In this document: positions 47,853-62,100 of the stretch, piece by piece
Position numbering within the stretch: the stretch's first letter is position 1
Layout of the letters: every line of letters starts with the position of its first letter
Origin: Fimicolochytrium jonesii
Taxonomy: Eukaryota
Length of the DNA stretch: 64,000 bases
Direction of reading: 5' to 3'
Assembly (NCBI RefSeq): GCF_025526975.1
Contig: NW_026515670.1
Span: forward strand, 434,001 to 498,000
Translations under genes and position numbers: made by a program
Notes under the pieces: generated by a model
The model's input: the letters and a program-made list of their open reading frames with translations, nothing else
What the model was told of the DNA's origin: nothing
The model's database searches: none

Positions 47853-50800
47853 TTAGTCTCGCAGTATGGAGACGATTCTTCTCTTTGCGACCAGTCCGTA
47901 CACTGGTCCTGTAGTCGAGATGAACGAAGAAACTACAGAAGTCACAATGGCTACGAGAGTGATGTCCCACGGGAAAGGGAAACCGACGGGCGTTTGAGTC
48001 ATGATGGCTCGTTGAGCTGCCATGGACCATCCAATGGCCGCTCCGATTAGCGCCTACAACAAAGAGGAACCTTGTTAGCAAATATAGGACTGCGTTACGA
48101 TTCAGACGGAAGCTTACCCCGAGCATGCCCGCGGTACTGGTCAAGATGAAGGCCTCATACGCGTATACCCGGAAAATCCCCCATTTCGTCACACCCAACG
48201 CTCTCAAAACGCCTAATTCCTTCGCCTGCTCGGTGATGTTTGTATACATGCACCCGTTCAAACTGAACAGCGTGATCAGCATCACCAATAGCGTCGCGAG
48301 ATTGAAGATGGTGCTCAACAGTCGCCGTGAGGATTTGATGGACTCTTGCTCCTTGTATAGACTAGTTACTGACGCGTCACTCCGCACAATGGCGTTCAGG
48401 GCATCGACCAATGATGCCGAAAGGCGGGGATACGCGGGATCCGACGTGTTTAGAGCAATCTGTATGCTATTGATCGGGATTTCATCCACGGACGTTCGTC
48501 GACCGTTTGTCAAATCGACCATCGTTGGGAACGACACGATGGCAGTTGTTCTCCGCGACGTGGGGAATTTGGTCATGATGGCCATTGGTGCCGAATCGAG
48601 AAACGCGGCCGGATGCAGAACTTTGTATTCTATCTCCGCTTTTGTTTGGCCATTGACGGTCGTTTTGAGAAGGAACGCGTCGGAGAAGTTTGTGTGGCTT
48701 TTCGAGAGCTGCTGGACAGCCAGGTTCGTGCGGAGGATGGTGCTGATGGCAGCCGACCGAAAACCTTCTGGAGAATACAATTGTTCCGACACGGAGGGGT
48801 ATTCTGCGGACAGGACTGGATTTGCTTCGTCGACGATGTAGATGAACGGACTTGGTTTGGGCATGTTGAACCAATTCGGCGACACTGCGATGACTTCGAT
48901 GTTGAATGCGGCTATGCGACCGAGGTTTGCCACTTGCGTGTTTTGCACAGCGCTGTCGAAAGAGCGTATCGATGACGATGCATATGCCCAATCTACAACA
49001 AACGGCTTGTTTCGTGTCAAGACATCTTCGATCGCTGCGGAATACTCCGGTTTGATGCCATTGTAGTCGTCTCCGGTCCGGACTTTGATTTCCGCGCCGA
49101 TGGCTAGCATTTTGCTGCAACGAGAAGGAAGTTTCAGATCCCACAGTCGATGATCATAGTGCGATCAGAATTGGCAAACATCAAACTTACTCGTATTCCA
49201 TGCCGTTCAACTCGACACTCAAATTAACGGATAGGAAAATGATGAACGCCAGCGCGAAGGCAAACATTGCCGACGTTTTGCGGTTGCGCATGCGATGCGC
49301 CACCAGATTCTGGGCCACCAGCGAATGAACCGCAGCGTTTTCGAAGAACACAACCATCAGCAGCAACGACAACAGGAACCGCTCCGCCATAGGCTGCATA
49401 TTGAAACTGAGCATCACGAGGCCGAACAGCATGCCTAGCAACAACGCCATGAAGATGTTGAACAGCATCCCATAGTTCGAATCGACAAGCGCTTTCGGAA
49501 CGAGGTAGTAGATGGCAAATCCCAAGCTTGCGAGCACGGCACCTGTCAATGCGCTCGGTATGATGCTTTGCAACGACCCGGGCCCACTTCGCTCGATTGT
49601 GATGACGACCGGCTTGACTTTGCTGTGTCTCTTGTCCAACGAATCCCGCAAGTTTCCTGATAGCGCCTGGCGGATGGGGAGGATCGCGGCGATGGCGGGG
49701 ACAGCGATGCCCAGCACCGTGGCGGTGATGATGGAGGAGAATGTGAGGAAGGCGGATATTTTGATGTTGGCTATGTTTTCCAAGAAGCGCTTCCCAAAGC
49801 CGAAGGCAATCTGGGCTAGGATTAGACCGATGGCCCATGCCGGCACAGAGTATGTAGCTGCTTGTATCTTGAGTGGTTGCAATGTGTGAGCGCAGTTCCA
49901 TGGCCCGTTCATCGTTGGTTTTACATCATCTTACCAATATCATCTGAACAATGCCCTTCCTCGTTTGCCCAATCATGCGCAGGATGCCCAATTCAAATGT
50001 TCTCGTCTCCACTGAAACCATCAGCAGATTGTATATCAGGAAACATGAAAGACCGACAAAGAGGGCTACCACGATGGACGTGATGAGCGATAGAAATTGG
50101 GAGAAGGTGCTGACAGTCTTTAAAGACCCCAGAGTATCGAGAGAGGTTGCTACGAGGTCCATCCCCAAGCGAAACTTGATAGCAGAGCCCCACTTGATGA
50201 TCCTGGCCGCAATCTTGTTGAAGTTTGACGTCAGATAGCATTGAAACCGCGGCTGATCACAAGCAAAGATGATCTGATGCGCTTCGCCATACTGTGCGCC
50301 ATTCCGCGACCCCGCAAGGAGTTGGTCTCCGAACGCTGGTGGGTACGAAGGAGCGAGATGGGGTGCCACGTTCTCTATGATCCATTTGTACTCCAAGACG
50401 GCCAGGTAGCCCGTGCGAGCCCACTGCGGGAACTTGTTCGAAGCTTCCTCATCAAATACGGCGCTCACCCGAAGAGGGGTATTGACAAGGGTGATATCTT
50501 GGAACCCTTGAGCGGTCGTCGCGAATTTGACGATAGTATAGACCGAGGGGAACATGAAGATGTCGTAACTGAGAAGGACAAAGTCCCCAACGCCGACGCC
50601 CAAAGCTCTTGCTGCTCTCTGCCCTATATAGACACCGCCCTGGGGAACCGGTGGCAATGTCCATGTTCTGCCGATTCCGTAGAGGCGTTCCTTTTCGGAA
50701 TCGATGACCCATGTTGATAATGAAACCCCGCCAGAGCACACCTTTTGTGCACAGCCTTTGGGATCGGCTTGGCATGCAGCTCGAAGAGAGGCTTTGGAAG

Positions 50801-51431
50801 CCAAGGTCCCTCCGCTGTCCGCCGAACTGTCGTCCGGCCCGATGTAGGAAAATGTCGTGTTCTGCGGTGCATTCGCCACATCCCACCCTATGCACTTCGA
50901 TGACGGATAGTACGCCATGTTGTAATTGTTTACTCTTGGCGTAGAGTAAGTGTACATCGCCTTGTCCGACAAGACCGTCTGCGCCAGCGTGTAATTCAGT
51001 CGGGTATATCCGGACGGCCAATCCGGCCAGACGGTCATGTCCGTCTCTCCGGCGGTCAGTTCTGCGATGCCCAGAAACACGACAGGGGTAATTGCCATGA
51101 CGCTCATGAGGACGGCAACGGCAAAGACGACTAAGCAGACGGAGCAGCAACCGATGCAGAACTGTGATTTTTGACGGGACGTCTCGCGGATGGAGTAGCG
51201 CCAAATGTTCGACACGCTTGTTCCTGCTGTCACAACTCGGCGATAGCGGGATTTGGGTGGATGTGCGTCGTGGCCATGTCGCCGCCGCAAAGGAGTTCCC
51301 TTGTCGCCGTTTCCATGGGGTGCTGGCGGGGCCTCGCCGCCGGCCCGCCATCGGTTTCCGCCCGGTACGTCGTTGGCGCTGGGTGCAGGGAGTGGTGGTA
51401 CGGGCGCCTGAATAGGCAAGACGCTCGCCAT
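47853..51431 (-). CDS. FtsX/MacB-type permease-domain membrane protein, multi-exon
   Basis: Two FtsX-like repeats (SVETRTFELGILRMIG; EQAKELGVLRALG) with flanking TM helices and large extracellular loops. Confidence 0.85.
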
Positions 51432-52098
51432 AGGCGACGGAATGGCTGATTGTCCGGTAAGCGGGAGGTAGTTGTTCGCGATGGGTTCCGGATAGACTCG
51501 ATGCTTGCGAGAAATCCTGGGTGCTTTTGCAGCCGGTAGCCCGTAGGCGCCCGTTATGAACTTCACACTGGTGCTGTCCTCAGATCTTCTAACATCCACC
51601 TCTCCGAGCGAGTCAATGGACACAATGCACAGGAAGCGGAGTACAAGCTCATTCGAAGTAGCGCGAATGACGCAGAAACGTGCGCCTTTTAAAGAGCCAG
51701 GATCACGCACGACCAGACAGTGGAATATGCAATGCTCAAGAACTTATGCAGGCTCGGTGAATGGGTTCCTTGCTTCTCGTGAGATGCTAGCCTTTATTGC
51801 CATCGACCAACATTTTCCGTGCAAATTCCGTCCGAAAACGCGTCGAGCGGAATTGCGAGTGATGAGTTCACGCGTCGAACGCCTGTTATTTTGCCAACCT
51901 TGTCAAAGCGACCACGGCCGCATGGCGAGGGCCACCACACACGAGCGAGGCATTGCTTGAGGATATAATGATTTATGTACATATACAGCACGAATAAAGG
52001 CAGACTTAGATATACAATTTCCATATGGAGCATGGATAGAAAACATAATAAGTTGGGTATGGAGGACCCTGCGCCATCTTGGGTGTATTTAGCCCGAG

Positions 52099-53936
52099 TC
52101 AGCGTGGGTATGGAACGATTTGAGGATCCGAAGGCATGTCGATACTGGATATCTCTGATACTCCGTCCGGCAAAGCAAAATTCCGGTCCAGGCACGTCAG
52201 CGGAAACATTCCTCGCGTGCCTAGTCTCACGTTCCAACCGTACGCCCAGCCTAAGGGAGGACCGACTTTAGAACGTGCCGGTGGCATCCAACATGCATTC
52301 TTGAGATGAGGATAAACTCACCATCTTTGAACACTTGTTCAATGAGCATGCTATCTCCCTCGTTCACCTCGATCTCGTCGTTGAAAACGGGCTGCATAAA
52401 CAATTGGGATGTGAGCCATCGAGCGAGGAGAGACTGAGCTGGGAGACGAAAAACACGTACCTCGTGACCGTATCGAGCGCAGATACGTGCCGAGGACGTG
52501 GGTTCCCGGTTAGGCGACGTCTCGGGGGTCTCCTTCGGCCGGTCCATAGTATTGTAATACATCGCTACGAGCATCCCTACACTGCTCGCGGTAGATGCCG
52601 CTAAAGAAAGCGGTCGCGGCAGGGTTCCGTCAATCTGCCGAGGTGACGTGTTGGGCATATCTACGCGTGCATCGGGCCCAAAGTAGTCCCGGTGATGCCC
52701 TGGTTGAAAGTCTGCCAAGCTAAGCCGTGAACCGGGAGAATTGATCGGCGGCAGCTGAGGTGTTACGGCGACCGACCTCAGTTTCGGAGGCGCTTTTGGT
52801 GGTGTGGTAGGGTCCTCAGCACTTTCGAGCGAATCCTGCCAGAGCTCAGAGTCCGCGGTTTGGAGAAACAGTCCTGGGCCTCCTACTTCCGAGAATAGGC
52901 TTGAGTGGCGGTGAGGCCGCGGTACTTTCTGCTTTGGTGCTGCTTCCGATGCCTTTATCGTCGATGTGCTCGCGCGGGAGATTGGTGTGGCTAAGTCTAT
53001 GGTCTTTCCGTCAGGACGCGTTTGTTCGTCCATGGATTCACGTGGGGTGGTTATCTGCTGGCTCGCATGTTTGTGATTGTTGGGCTTTAGGGTAGGATAG
53101 TAAAGAGCCGTTGCGCGAGGGTTATCGGATGCTGCGAAGTGGTTGCGAAGTGATGCTGGGGATGCTTGAGGGGGTCCCGAGGTCGCTTTCTGTGACCACA
53201 GTGCAGTAGATGCAATGGAGTCATGGTTCGGCGGCTTGTGCGCTGCCGGCTGTGTCCAGGAGATGTGCGCATCGTCTCGTTGCGCTTCTGGCACGGACGT
53301 GACGGGTGTCGGCCAGTAGTCTCTCAGAATAGGGTATGCCCTTCCTGGGACAGGGAGTCCCAGCTCTGGATCTGCTCCAATGGTCGCCATGTTTCCCGTG
53401 CCTTCCAGACCATCCGTGCTAGGGCGGTGATGTCTTACGACTCCCCACATGTCGGCTGTCCTTCTCTTCATCTCGCCAGACACTCTTATCAGCGTGGATC
53501 GGCGAACCCTAGAATCCCCAAAGCCCTTGTTCTTCGCCCGACGTTTCCGGATGCATGCCATGACAGTTGTGCAAAACACGCACAGAATGACAGTGAGCAA
53601 GACAGCACCCGCTGCACCGCTGATTGCGATCCATACTATCCTCTGATTATCGCCGGAACTGCCGGCAGCTCCCAAACTGGTATTGGACGATGGTGATGTC
53701 GATGAGATTCTGGTAGGGAAGATGACAATAGGTGTGCTGGTGGTGACGGTATGAGTTGCGGATGGGGAGCGTGAATACAGCTGTGATGGGCTTGGAATGC
53801 CACCTGGGGGTGGAAATGGGACATATATTGATGTTATTGATGGCGAAACGGTTGGAGAAGCGACCGTTGGGGTCTGGACATCGATAGGTGTTACTGTCGG
53901 CGTCGATAGCGAGCTGGTGGGTGAGGGCGAACTCAT
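52099..53936 (-). CDS. single-pass membrane protein with S/T/P-rich N-terminus and C-terminal SH3 domain
   Basis: TM IVWIAISGAAGAVLLTVILCVF followed by RKRR; the SH3 is split by introns: ARYGHE|PVFNDEIEVNEGD...FKD|GWAYG...GMFPLTCL. Confidence 0.72.
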
Positions 53937-54596
53937 ATTTCGAGATGCAAGTGGCCTGGGTACTTAATGTCCTGACGATCCAATATAGCGCAACCGGTTT
54001 AGCAGAAACCCTTGGCAGTAATCGTTGAAGCGAGGCGTTGATGTTCGCGATACGTACATGTACAGTTTGTTCGTTTGCTTTTCTCGTTTTGGCGGGCGGC
54101 GGGTATTTGAATCCCGAGTTCAGCACAGCGGCGGAGGCCGAATGCTGCTCAAGCTTGCAAGCTCCTCAATGAGTATCCGGACACGGTGGATGCAAAGCTG
54201 GGCATGCCAACACCTGGCATGGGAGACTCATCCAAGGGAGGTTGTTCATCGTGTTGAATCAGGCCCCCTTGAAGGACATTCATCTCATCGGGAACATTGA
54301 CATTGACATCGACATCATGGTTTTTAGGAACCGCGGGATGAGAATGGCGGAGGATTCGATTGAGGACGTGAAGAAGAAATAGAAGGGGAATCGGAAAAAA
54401 ACGCGTTGGAAAAAGAACCAGAATGGAAAGAAGAGAAGGAAGCAGGGGGACGCGTTTGCTGCCCGCGAGTGATCTCACGCGTCGCTGGTTCGGACTTTGT
54501 CTCACACTTCGCTTGTGGCTTTCCACCTGGCCAGAACGAAAAGCCTTCCTGAACTCCCTGGTGCCGAGTTGGCCACGGCCATGTGGAAAGCAAAGG

Positions 54597-56072
54597 ATGG
54601 CGTCCACGGCTCCTGATGTGCAGAGGTTCGGCTTAGACCATCTCTTTTGGCTCAACTGCAGGTTGTTCATCAGTGACGTCCTGGCACTTTCGCAACACCC
54701 ACAGGTTGCAGGTGAGTTGGTTGGCACACATTCGTTTCCTGACAGACTCCACTGAAGGAGATTACCTATGTACATGCAGAGGTTTATATGTTCAACGGAC
54801 GGCCTCTGAGACGGGTCGAAGTGACCGGTATTGTTGTGGGCAAAGAGGAATCTTCCGCTGTCATTACCTACACGGGTTCGTTAGCTATTGGCGGGTTCAC
54901 TTGGTATGTCCCTTGGCTCACTAAATCCGCACGCACTGTATGTAGTTGACGACGGGACTGGATTGCTTCCCTGTGTATACTGGTTCCCCATGGAAGATCG
55001 CGTAGTCTCGTCCCGGAAAACCTTGTCCCTGGGGGATTTAGTCAAGGTGTCCGGCCGCCTGGGCGAGTTCCGTTTTCAGAGGCAGATAACGATCAACAGC
55101 ATAAGTATGGACATTGTGGGATGAGGTATCGAAGGGCGGTCTTTCTGAATGACATCTACCACAGCTGTCGAGAATGACATGAACATGGAAGCGTTTAGAT
55201 GGCTCGAGATCCTGGACCTGAAGACGTCCTTCTATACGTCACCAACAGCAACCCTATCGGATACCGAATTGGAAGCAACGATGGCCGAGTGGCTGCGGCT
55301 GGAGTCGATGGCAGCCCCGATGGCCGAAAGCCCAGAAGAACTTACGGTGGGTGCACCGATGAATCTTATATTTCACGTTTCTATGGCTTTGATTGAACTG
55401 TCCCACGCATTTTAGGTTGTGTATCAAGCACTTCTCGATGAGGCACTAGCCGGCAGTCCGTCGGAAGCGGATCTTCTGACGATCATGCGGCTATTTATCA
55501 AAAGCAACGATTTCGAGAGGTTCCCCTTCTCTACACTGAGACTCTCCGATGACATTCTCCGACTTTCTAGGAGGATTCTGATAGGGCAGGTTTGTAACTA
55601 ATCGTAACATCGGGTTCCCGACCGATTGTACACGCTAAATACTAATGTGACACTTCAGACTGGTATCCCGAGTCCTTCGGATCAGCGGATTGATTCTACA
55701 GTAAGCCGCGCAGTCCAAGCGCTCGTCAATGAGGGTTTCATGTTCCACTTGAGCGATGAGTTTGACACGTATGAAGTGATTCGCCACGACTTGAACCTCG
55801 GTCCTGCTCTGTTGGAGATGATTCGGACTGAGAATGCAAAGGACGATGGCCGCAGTGGTTTGTGTCCATCCGTTTCCAAATTATTTCCGGATATCAGCCT
55901 AACGTAAGGGTCACCAGCAGGCGTATCGCAAGAAATGCTGATCTTTATGAGCCGGCGTATACCACAGTTTAAATTTGTTTCTAGGGTTGCCATAGAGGAG
56001 TCATTAAAATGCCTTATAGCATCCAGCGATATTTACGAGTCAGAAAATAAACAGTATAGAGTCATAGAGTGA
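54597..56072 (+). CDS. STN1: CST complex subunit STN1 (OB fold plus winged helix), multi-exon
   Basis: LFISDVLAL, PLRRVEVTGIVVG, VDDGTGLLPCVYW, LGDLVKVSGRL...RQI, NDMNMEAFRW and C-terminal SDIYE. Confidence 0.78.
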
Positions 56073-56109
56073 AGATATGGAATTACATTCGATACGACAT
56101 TGCACGGCC

Positions 56110-59100
56110 TCATTGTGCCTGGCCGCGTGCCCTGGCTGCGGCCTTCGGTGGGGCTCCTTGATTTATTACACCAGCCAGAGATGCTGCTGCATCCTTCGTA
56201 GTCTGCACGCCGGGTTTCGATGGAGTTGGTGCCGGTGCGGCCGCTGGTGTCGGTGCCGCCCCGGCCTTGCCTGCATCATATCGGCCTTTCCTAACAGACG
56301 CCAGCTTCATTCGCGCCTTCTCTAGCTCCTTCTCCATCTTGAGGATGGCGACCTGCGCGTCCATCTCGGCCACTCTCGAGCTTGCGACGCCACCTTTCCC
56401 ACTAGCCGACATCACAGATGAGAATTGGTCCGCATCGTCGAATGCGAGGTTCTGTTGAGCTGCACGGACTAAGTTGTCCGTCGAGTTGGTAACGGCCTTT
56501 CCGGCTGCTCTCAATCTGATTTGAGCCTGTGAGTTCGGATCCGCGCGAGCCGTCGCTGCGGACAGCAGTTGGATTGTCGAGGAGCTAACAGCTTTCGCAC
56601 TGACGATGACCCTCTCTCGCTCCAGTTTGCCCTTCATGGCTTGGTTTGCTGTATCGCAGAGGTCTCCCGTCGCGCCAGCCACGGTCTTTGCAGCACTAAC
56701 CAATCCATCGCTCCAAGTTCCGTCAGAAAAGTACATGGCCTCTTCCTTCGGACCCGTCCGTCCTTTCGCGACGAGTTCACGCTGAGCGCCCGTTGCCGAT
56801 CGCACTAAACCAGCGGTCGCAGCGGCGATGGCCTTTGCGGCTTCAACGATCTGCTCCTCGAAGTTCAGATCTTCGTTGATCTCCTTGGGACGCGGCGGTG
56901 CGAGGCTAGCCAGCTTCCGTGCGGCAGCATCGATGGAAGCAGCGGCGGCCAGCAACTCCCTCTCAGCAATAACGTTCGGGTCGTTGGCATCAACGTAACC
57001 AGCCGGTAGTAATGCGCTAGCAGCGGTGACAATGGCATTGACGGATAGCGCAACATCCTTCGCGGCCATCTGGACCTTCGTTTTGTTGTCGGGGTTGTTG
57101 TGCTCCTGTTGGGTCTTTAGACGGGCGAGGAGGTTCTTCACGGCGTCTCCTGCCTTTCGGACTGCATCGACCATCTGGCCCTTTTGTTCTGGCGGCGCCT
57201 TTTCCGTGGCGGCTTTTGCTGACCGGATAAGGTCTTCCATCTGTTTCTTTATCGCGTTGGCTGATGCCACTATATCCTCCTGCTTGCCCGATGCCGCAGA
57301 AACCAGGGCGGCGGCGGCAGTAGCTAGGAGTTTTGCGGATCCCGCTACTTCATCGGGCAGTGCTGTACCTTGAGCAGGTGCTACTGATGTCAAGACACCC
57401 AATGCCTCGTCGATTTCCGCCATCGCGCCTTCCAGAGCGCGAGTCCCCCGAGTAGCTTCGTCTCCCAGCACGCGGGCGCCTCTGATAAGTTCCCTCATCG
57501 CGAGGAACTCCGTTCTCAGCTTTTCGGCAAATTCCATCATTGCAGGATCGTCTGGGGACCGCCCACATGCATTGATCGCGCTGGCGATCAGGGCCTGCAG
57601 TCCTTCTGAAACGGCCTTCGCGGAATTCAGTAGCTGTTGCTGCATGTGCTTGTCGGCGGATGTGACTGCAGTAGCACCAAGACGAACTTTGTCCCTAAGC
57701 GCGCTCAGGGCCGTCACAGATGCGGTGACTACGGTTGCCAGTTCGTCTTGCGTAGCCCCTACGGCACCAATGTACGCTTTGAGCTCCTCAGTTGACGCTC
57801 GCGCAGCGCTCAATAACGGGTCCTTATGCCGGGCAAAGTTGTCCTTTACGTCTACAGGATCGAGCTGCCCAGCTTGGGCAAAGATCAAGTTTCCTTCCAA
57901 ATCGGCCACAATGCTGTTGATGTCCTCCATCGCCATCTTACACTGCAAGATCCCTTTTGACCCTTCCTTCACCACGCCCATCATGTTGGCTACTGAAATC
58001 GATACTTCGCGAGCGGCAGCACTGAGTTTAGCTCTCGAAGCTTGATCTGCAGCACTCTTGCCGCTGGCGTGGCGAATGGCTTCAATCAGCTTGACTCCGG
58101 AAGCCCCGAGACCTCTCAGGCCGTCTTTGATGCTCTCCTGAACTTTGGTATCGCTCGTGGCGCGAACCGCACATCCACCTTTTGTGCACATGTCATCATA
58201 TAGCGTGGCGATAGTCCCTGCCATCTGACGGAATTGCGCTGGTGTCTTTGCTTTGGCTATGACGTCTCCCACAGTCGCCACAATCTGCTTTCCGACGGCC
58301 TCGGCATCCTCCTCGTACAAGTGATATGCTTTCTGCACAGTATCGGGGATCTTGGAGTCTACGGACGAAAGTGTCGACTCGATGGTCTCCACCGCCTTTG
58401 TGAATTCTCCAGATTCATCACGAGATCCTTCGAGCGTCGCGACGAGTTTGCTGACGGCCGTCCGGACTTTGGCTTTCTCCTCTTCGACCTTCTTTCCTCC
58501 GGCGGCGTTCTTTCCATTTCCGCCGTTAGCCTTAGCCGCATACACGAAGGCATTCATGGCTTCTCCGAGAGCTTTGATTTGCTCCAATATGCTCATCTGT
58601 TGATGCATGTCCACCATGTTGGACGCAAGGCAAATGGCAGCGAGCGATGCCTGTTCATGAGGACAAAAGAGTTGTGAGCAAATGAACTTTTCAACCCCTT
58701 TTCAGCGAAAACGTCGACCCGTACCCTCTCGTATGACGCCGGGAGCTCGTTGACAGAAGCGCCTATGCCAGTCGCATCCTCCTTTGCTGCCTTTGCCAGT
58801 ACATCACATAAGCTGGCCATGGCACGAGCCGTATCTACCAACGCAGCGGCGTTCATCGTCTCCGCTTGCGGTGCAAGGTTGTTGACCGTAGCTTCCACAA
58901 TGGCACTGTCGACACTCACAACTGACTGCGACAGCTTTTCTAGTGCGATAGAGCACTCCTTTTGCCCTGGCGCGGAGGTGGTCACGGTCTGCAAAGATCC
59001 CTGAACGGCGTCCACCAAAGCTCTGCTATGAGCTTGCAGCATCTGCTGTGACCCCTCATCTTTCGGGTTGCTGCAGATCATTTTGACTGTACCAAGGAAC

Positions 59101-62100
59101 TCTTGTCCAGCGAGGATGATTGCCTGCGAGGCCTCAAGGATGGGCTTCTGAGCCGCAAGAGCAGCAGATCCCATCTTGGCCTCCGTTCCGGCGAATTCTG
59201 GCGATACGGCGAAACTCAGCAACTTATCGATGGCATCAGTCAACGGTACCGACGTTTCGTGACAACGGTTTCGCGCTTCTGCACTAGGTTTGAGTGCAAG
59301 TAGCTTTATTGTTTCGACCAGCGCCGAGGTACGTGTGGCTATATCTTTCGAGGCATTCAAAAAGTTTGCCTTTGCTGTTGATGTGATTTGCGGGTTTGCG
59401 GCCGCAACTTTGCAAGCACTGCAAAGACCACCCGTTTGCTTGGCGATCGTGCCCGCAATTTCGAGGATTTGCTGCTGTGAATTCCCCTCATCGACCAATT
59501 TCCTGCAGGCTTCCTTGATATCGTGGGCAAAATTGGCCAGACTCGCTTGATCAACAATCGGGGGAATGGCTGGGATCGAGGACTCATCCGAAACTCCAAC
59601 CATGTAAGCTGCACGGACGTTACTGTCTGTTACAGAGCTGATGTGGTTCGACAACTCGGCAGCGTCACTCGCGATCTTGGCGACGCTGCCGGATCGAGCA
59701 TTGCTAACAATTGAAGCTAGTATTGCAGACAAAGACTTGTAGGAGTCAGAGGCTTTGGCAATGCTTTCAGCGTAAGAATCTTGGTTGGAACTGGCATCGT
59801 TCACTGAATCCAGCCGCGCTGCGGCGTCGTTTAGGCCCTGCAGAGCAATGTTGCACTCAGCGTGTCCAGGTGCGGAAGCAGAGCACACATCCAGTAACTT
59901 GTTCACTCTTTCGCTGATAGACTTGGCTTCGTTCATCAATTGTGTTCGGAAGACAGCGTTCGAAGGGTCCAATGCTGAGGCTTTGCTGATAGTCAAGAGC
60001 TTCTCCGATGATTGAGCAACGTCCACCAAGATATGGGTGATATGCCCTTTTGCAACTTCGTCCTGCGTCGTTCCAGCATACACTCCACTGGCATCTCCAA
60101 GTTTGGTATATGCTTGACCAAACTGCTGAGCGTACTGTTTCAGTTCCTCCGGAGAAGCACGAGAAGCGATCACCAAGCCATTGGCGGACACAGTGATGCC
60201 AGTCGCAGCTGCCTGGAGCTTGCTCTGAGCAGCCTGGAAAGTCACACCGCTCGAACCTTTGGTCGACAGGCCTTTCTGTCTGATCTGCTCGCCAACCTGA
60301 TGAACCTGAGTGATTGCTTTATCGAGTTCTCGTTGACCCGGTAAGAACTTGGTCAAATCGCCCAACGCTTCCGATATGCCTTGGACTTCGCTCTCAAAGT
60401 ACGCTTGACGTTTTGGGTCCTGTCCAACCTCCTTCGAGCTTGCCAGCAAGTTCGAGAGTGCACCTGTGACACCATTGGCGGCGTTCAGAAGATCCTGACG
60501 GAGACTGAAGTCATTCTCGACCGATGCTAAAGCCAGTGCCGCGAAGGAAAGCGATTGTAATGCAGCGACAGCATCAGTGGCAGCATTGCCGGCCACTTTC
60601 TCATTCCTTTGTTGAACCCCTCCAGCGAGATGGGCAATGTTGTTCTGCAAAGCTTTAACAGCGTTCAGGATTTCGGTCTGCGACATTTCGGCTGTATACC
60701 CTTCAATGGGAACCAGGGCGGCTGGATTTGATGCGGCGGCAGTGAGCTCTTCTTGGTGCACTTGCAATGAATATACTGCGCTTTCCATTTCCATTCCAGC
60801 ACTTGCTTCTTCTGCTAGAATGAAAGCACGCTCCAATTTGGAGACGTCATCCTCCGTCTGCTTCATTGTGTTGATCATGGACGACTGTGATGAAGTATCG
60901 GCAATGGTGGGTACGGATACTTTGGCCATAGCGATCAGAGAGGCGCAAGGGGCAATGAACTTCTTCGCCGCTTCGATAAGTTTCAGCTGAGCGGCCATGT
61001 TCTCCGGCTCGCTCGCCGAGTTTTTCATCGCAGTCGTAAGAGCCGGCGTGATCTCGTTGATTCGCCGCGCTGCTTGATTCAGCTGCAATTGCGATGCTTG
61101 GTTCCGGTTGGATTGCGCTGTGGCGCGCGAAGCCGAGATGAGCTGGTTTGAGGAAGCGATCGAGTCTCGAACTGCCTTCACTAGCCTGTTGAACGCCTTA
61201 TTTCGGAGTTGGGGTCCGGCAGCCTCATTGGCTGCCGCGCGCACCGAAAGAATCGCATCTTCCAGTCGCCCCCTTGCAGCGGGATCGTTGAGATTCCTCG
61301 AGGAGTCCTTGGCTGCGGCCACCATCTTTGACGTCGCATCTCCAAGGGATCGCGCCACATACAGGAGCCGATTCTTCTCGTCAGAATCTTCGACATCCAG
61401 TCCCAGACCTTTGAGCATGTTGACGTACTGCATCGCGATCATGGTAAGATCCCTAGCCCCATTGACCACACCATCAACGGTGTCGATTTGCTGGAACATT
61501 TGGTCGATAGAGTTGAGTACTGCGTCATGCTGGATGTCGAACGGATCTTCTGTCGACGTATTCCCGCCTCGTTTTGCCTTCTCTACCAGCTTAGCAATGT
61601 TTTCTGCAACCCTCTGCGCGCTCTCCTTCATAGTTTTCTCTAATTTCGGGTTTCCAGCGGCCTCCGAAGACAGCACTAATTGCTCCACGGCATCACGCAG
61701 TAGCATGGCTGACTCGGCAAATTGCTCGAAACACTGAGTATTGGTGATTGCAGGACACACAGCAGTCAGACAGGCGACGAGCGCTGGACATGTTTCACCA
61801 ACTCTTTGAGCATTGAAGCTGATCATGGCTTGTGCATCGGGGTCTTTGGTGCCGCTTGCCATCGGGCGTGCAGTATTGATCAGATCCATAGCGTACTTGG
61901 TAACGTATTTTGCCGCTTGAAGCAGATCATCCTGAGACGCATCGTCCACATCCAGCCTTCCCATCAACATCAAGAGGTTTGCAGACGCGGCGGAGACCTC
62001 TTTGGCGTGATTAAAGAACTCCTCCCGGCCAGTGGTTTGCCCCATGCAGAGTGGCTGGGCGGCTTCGAGAAACTTCGCTGCTGCGATAGCAATTTCTCTG

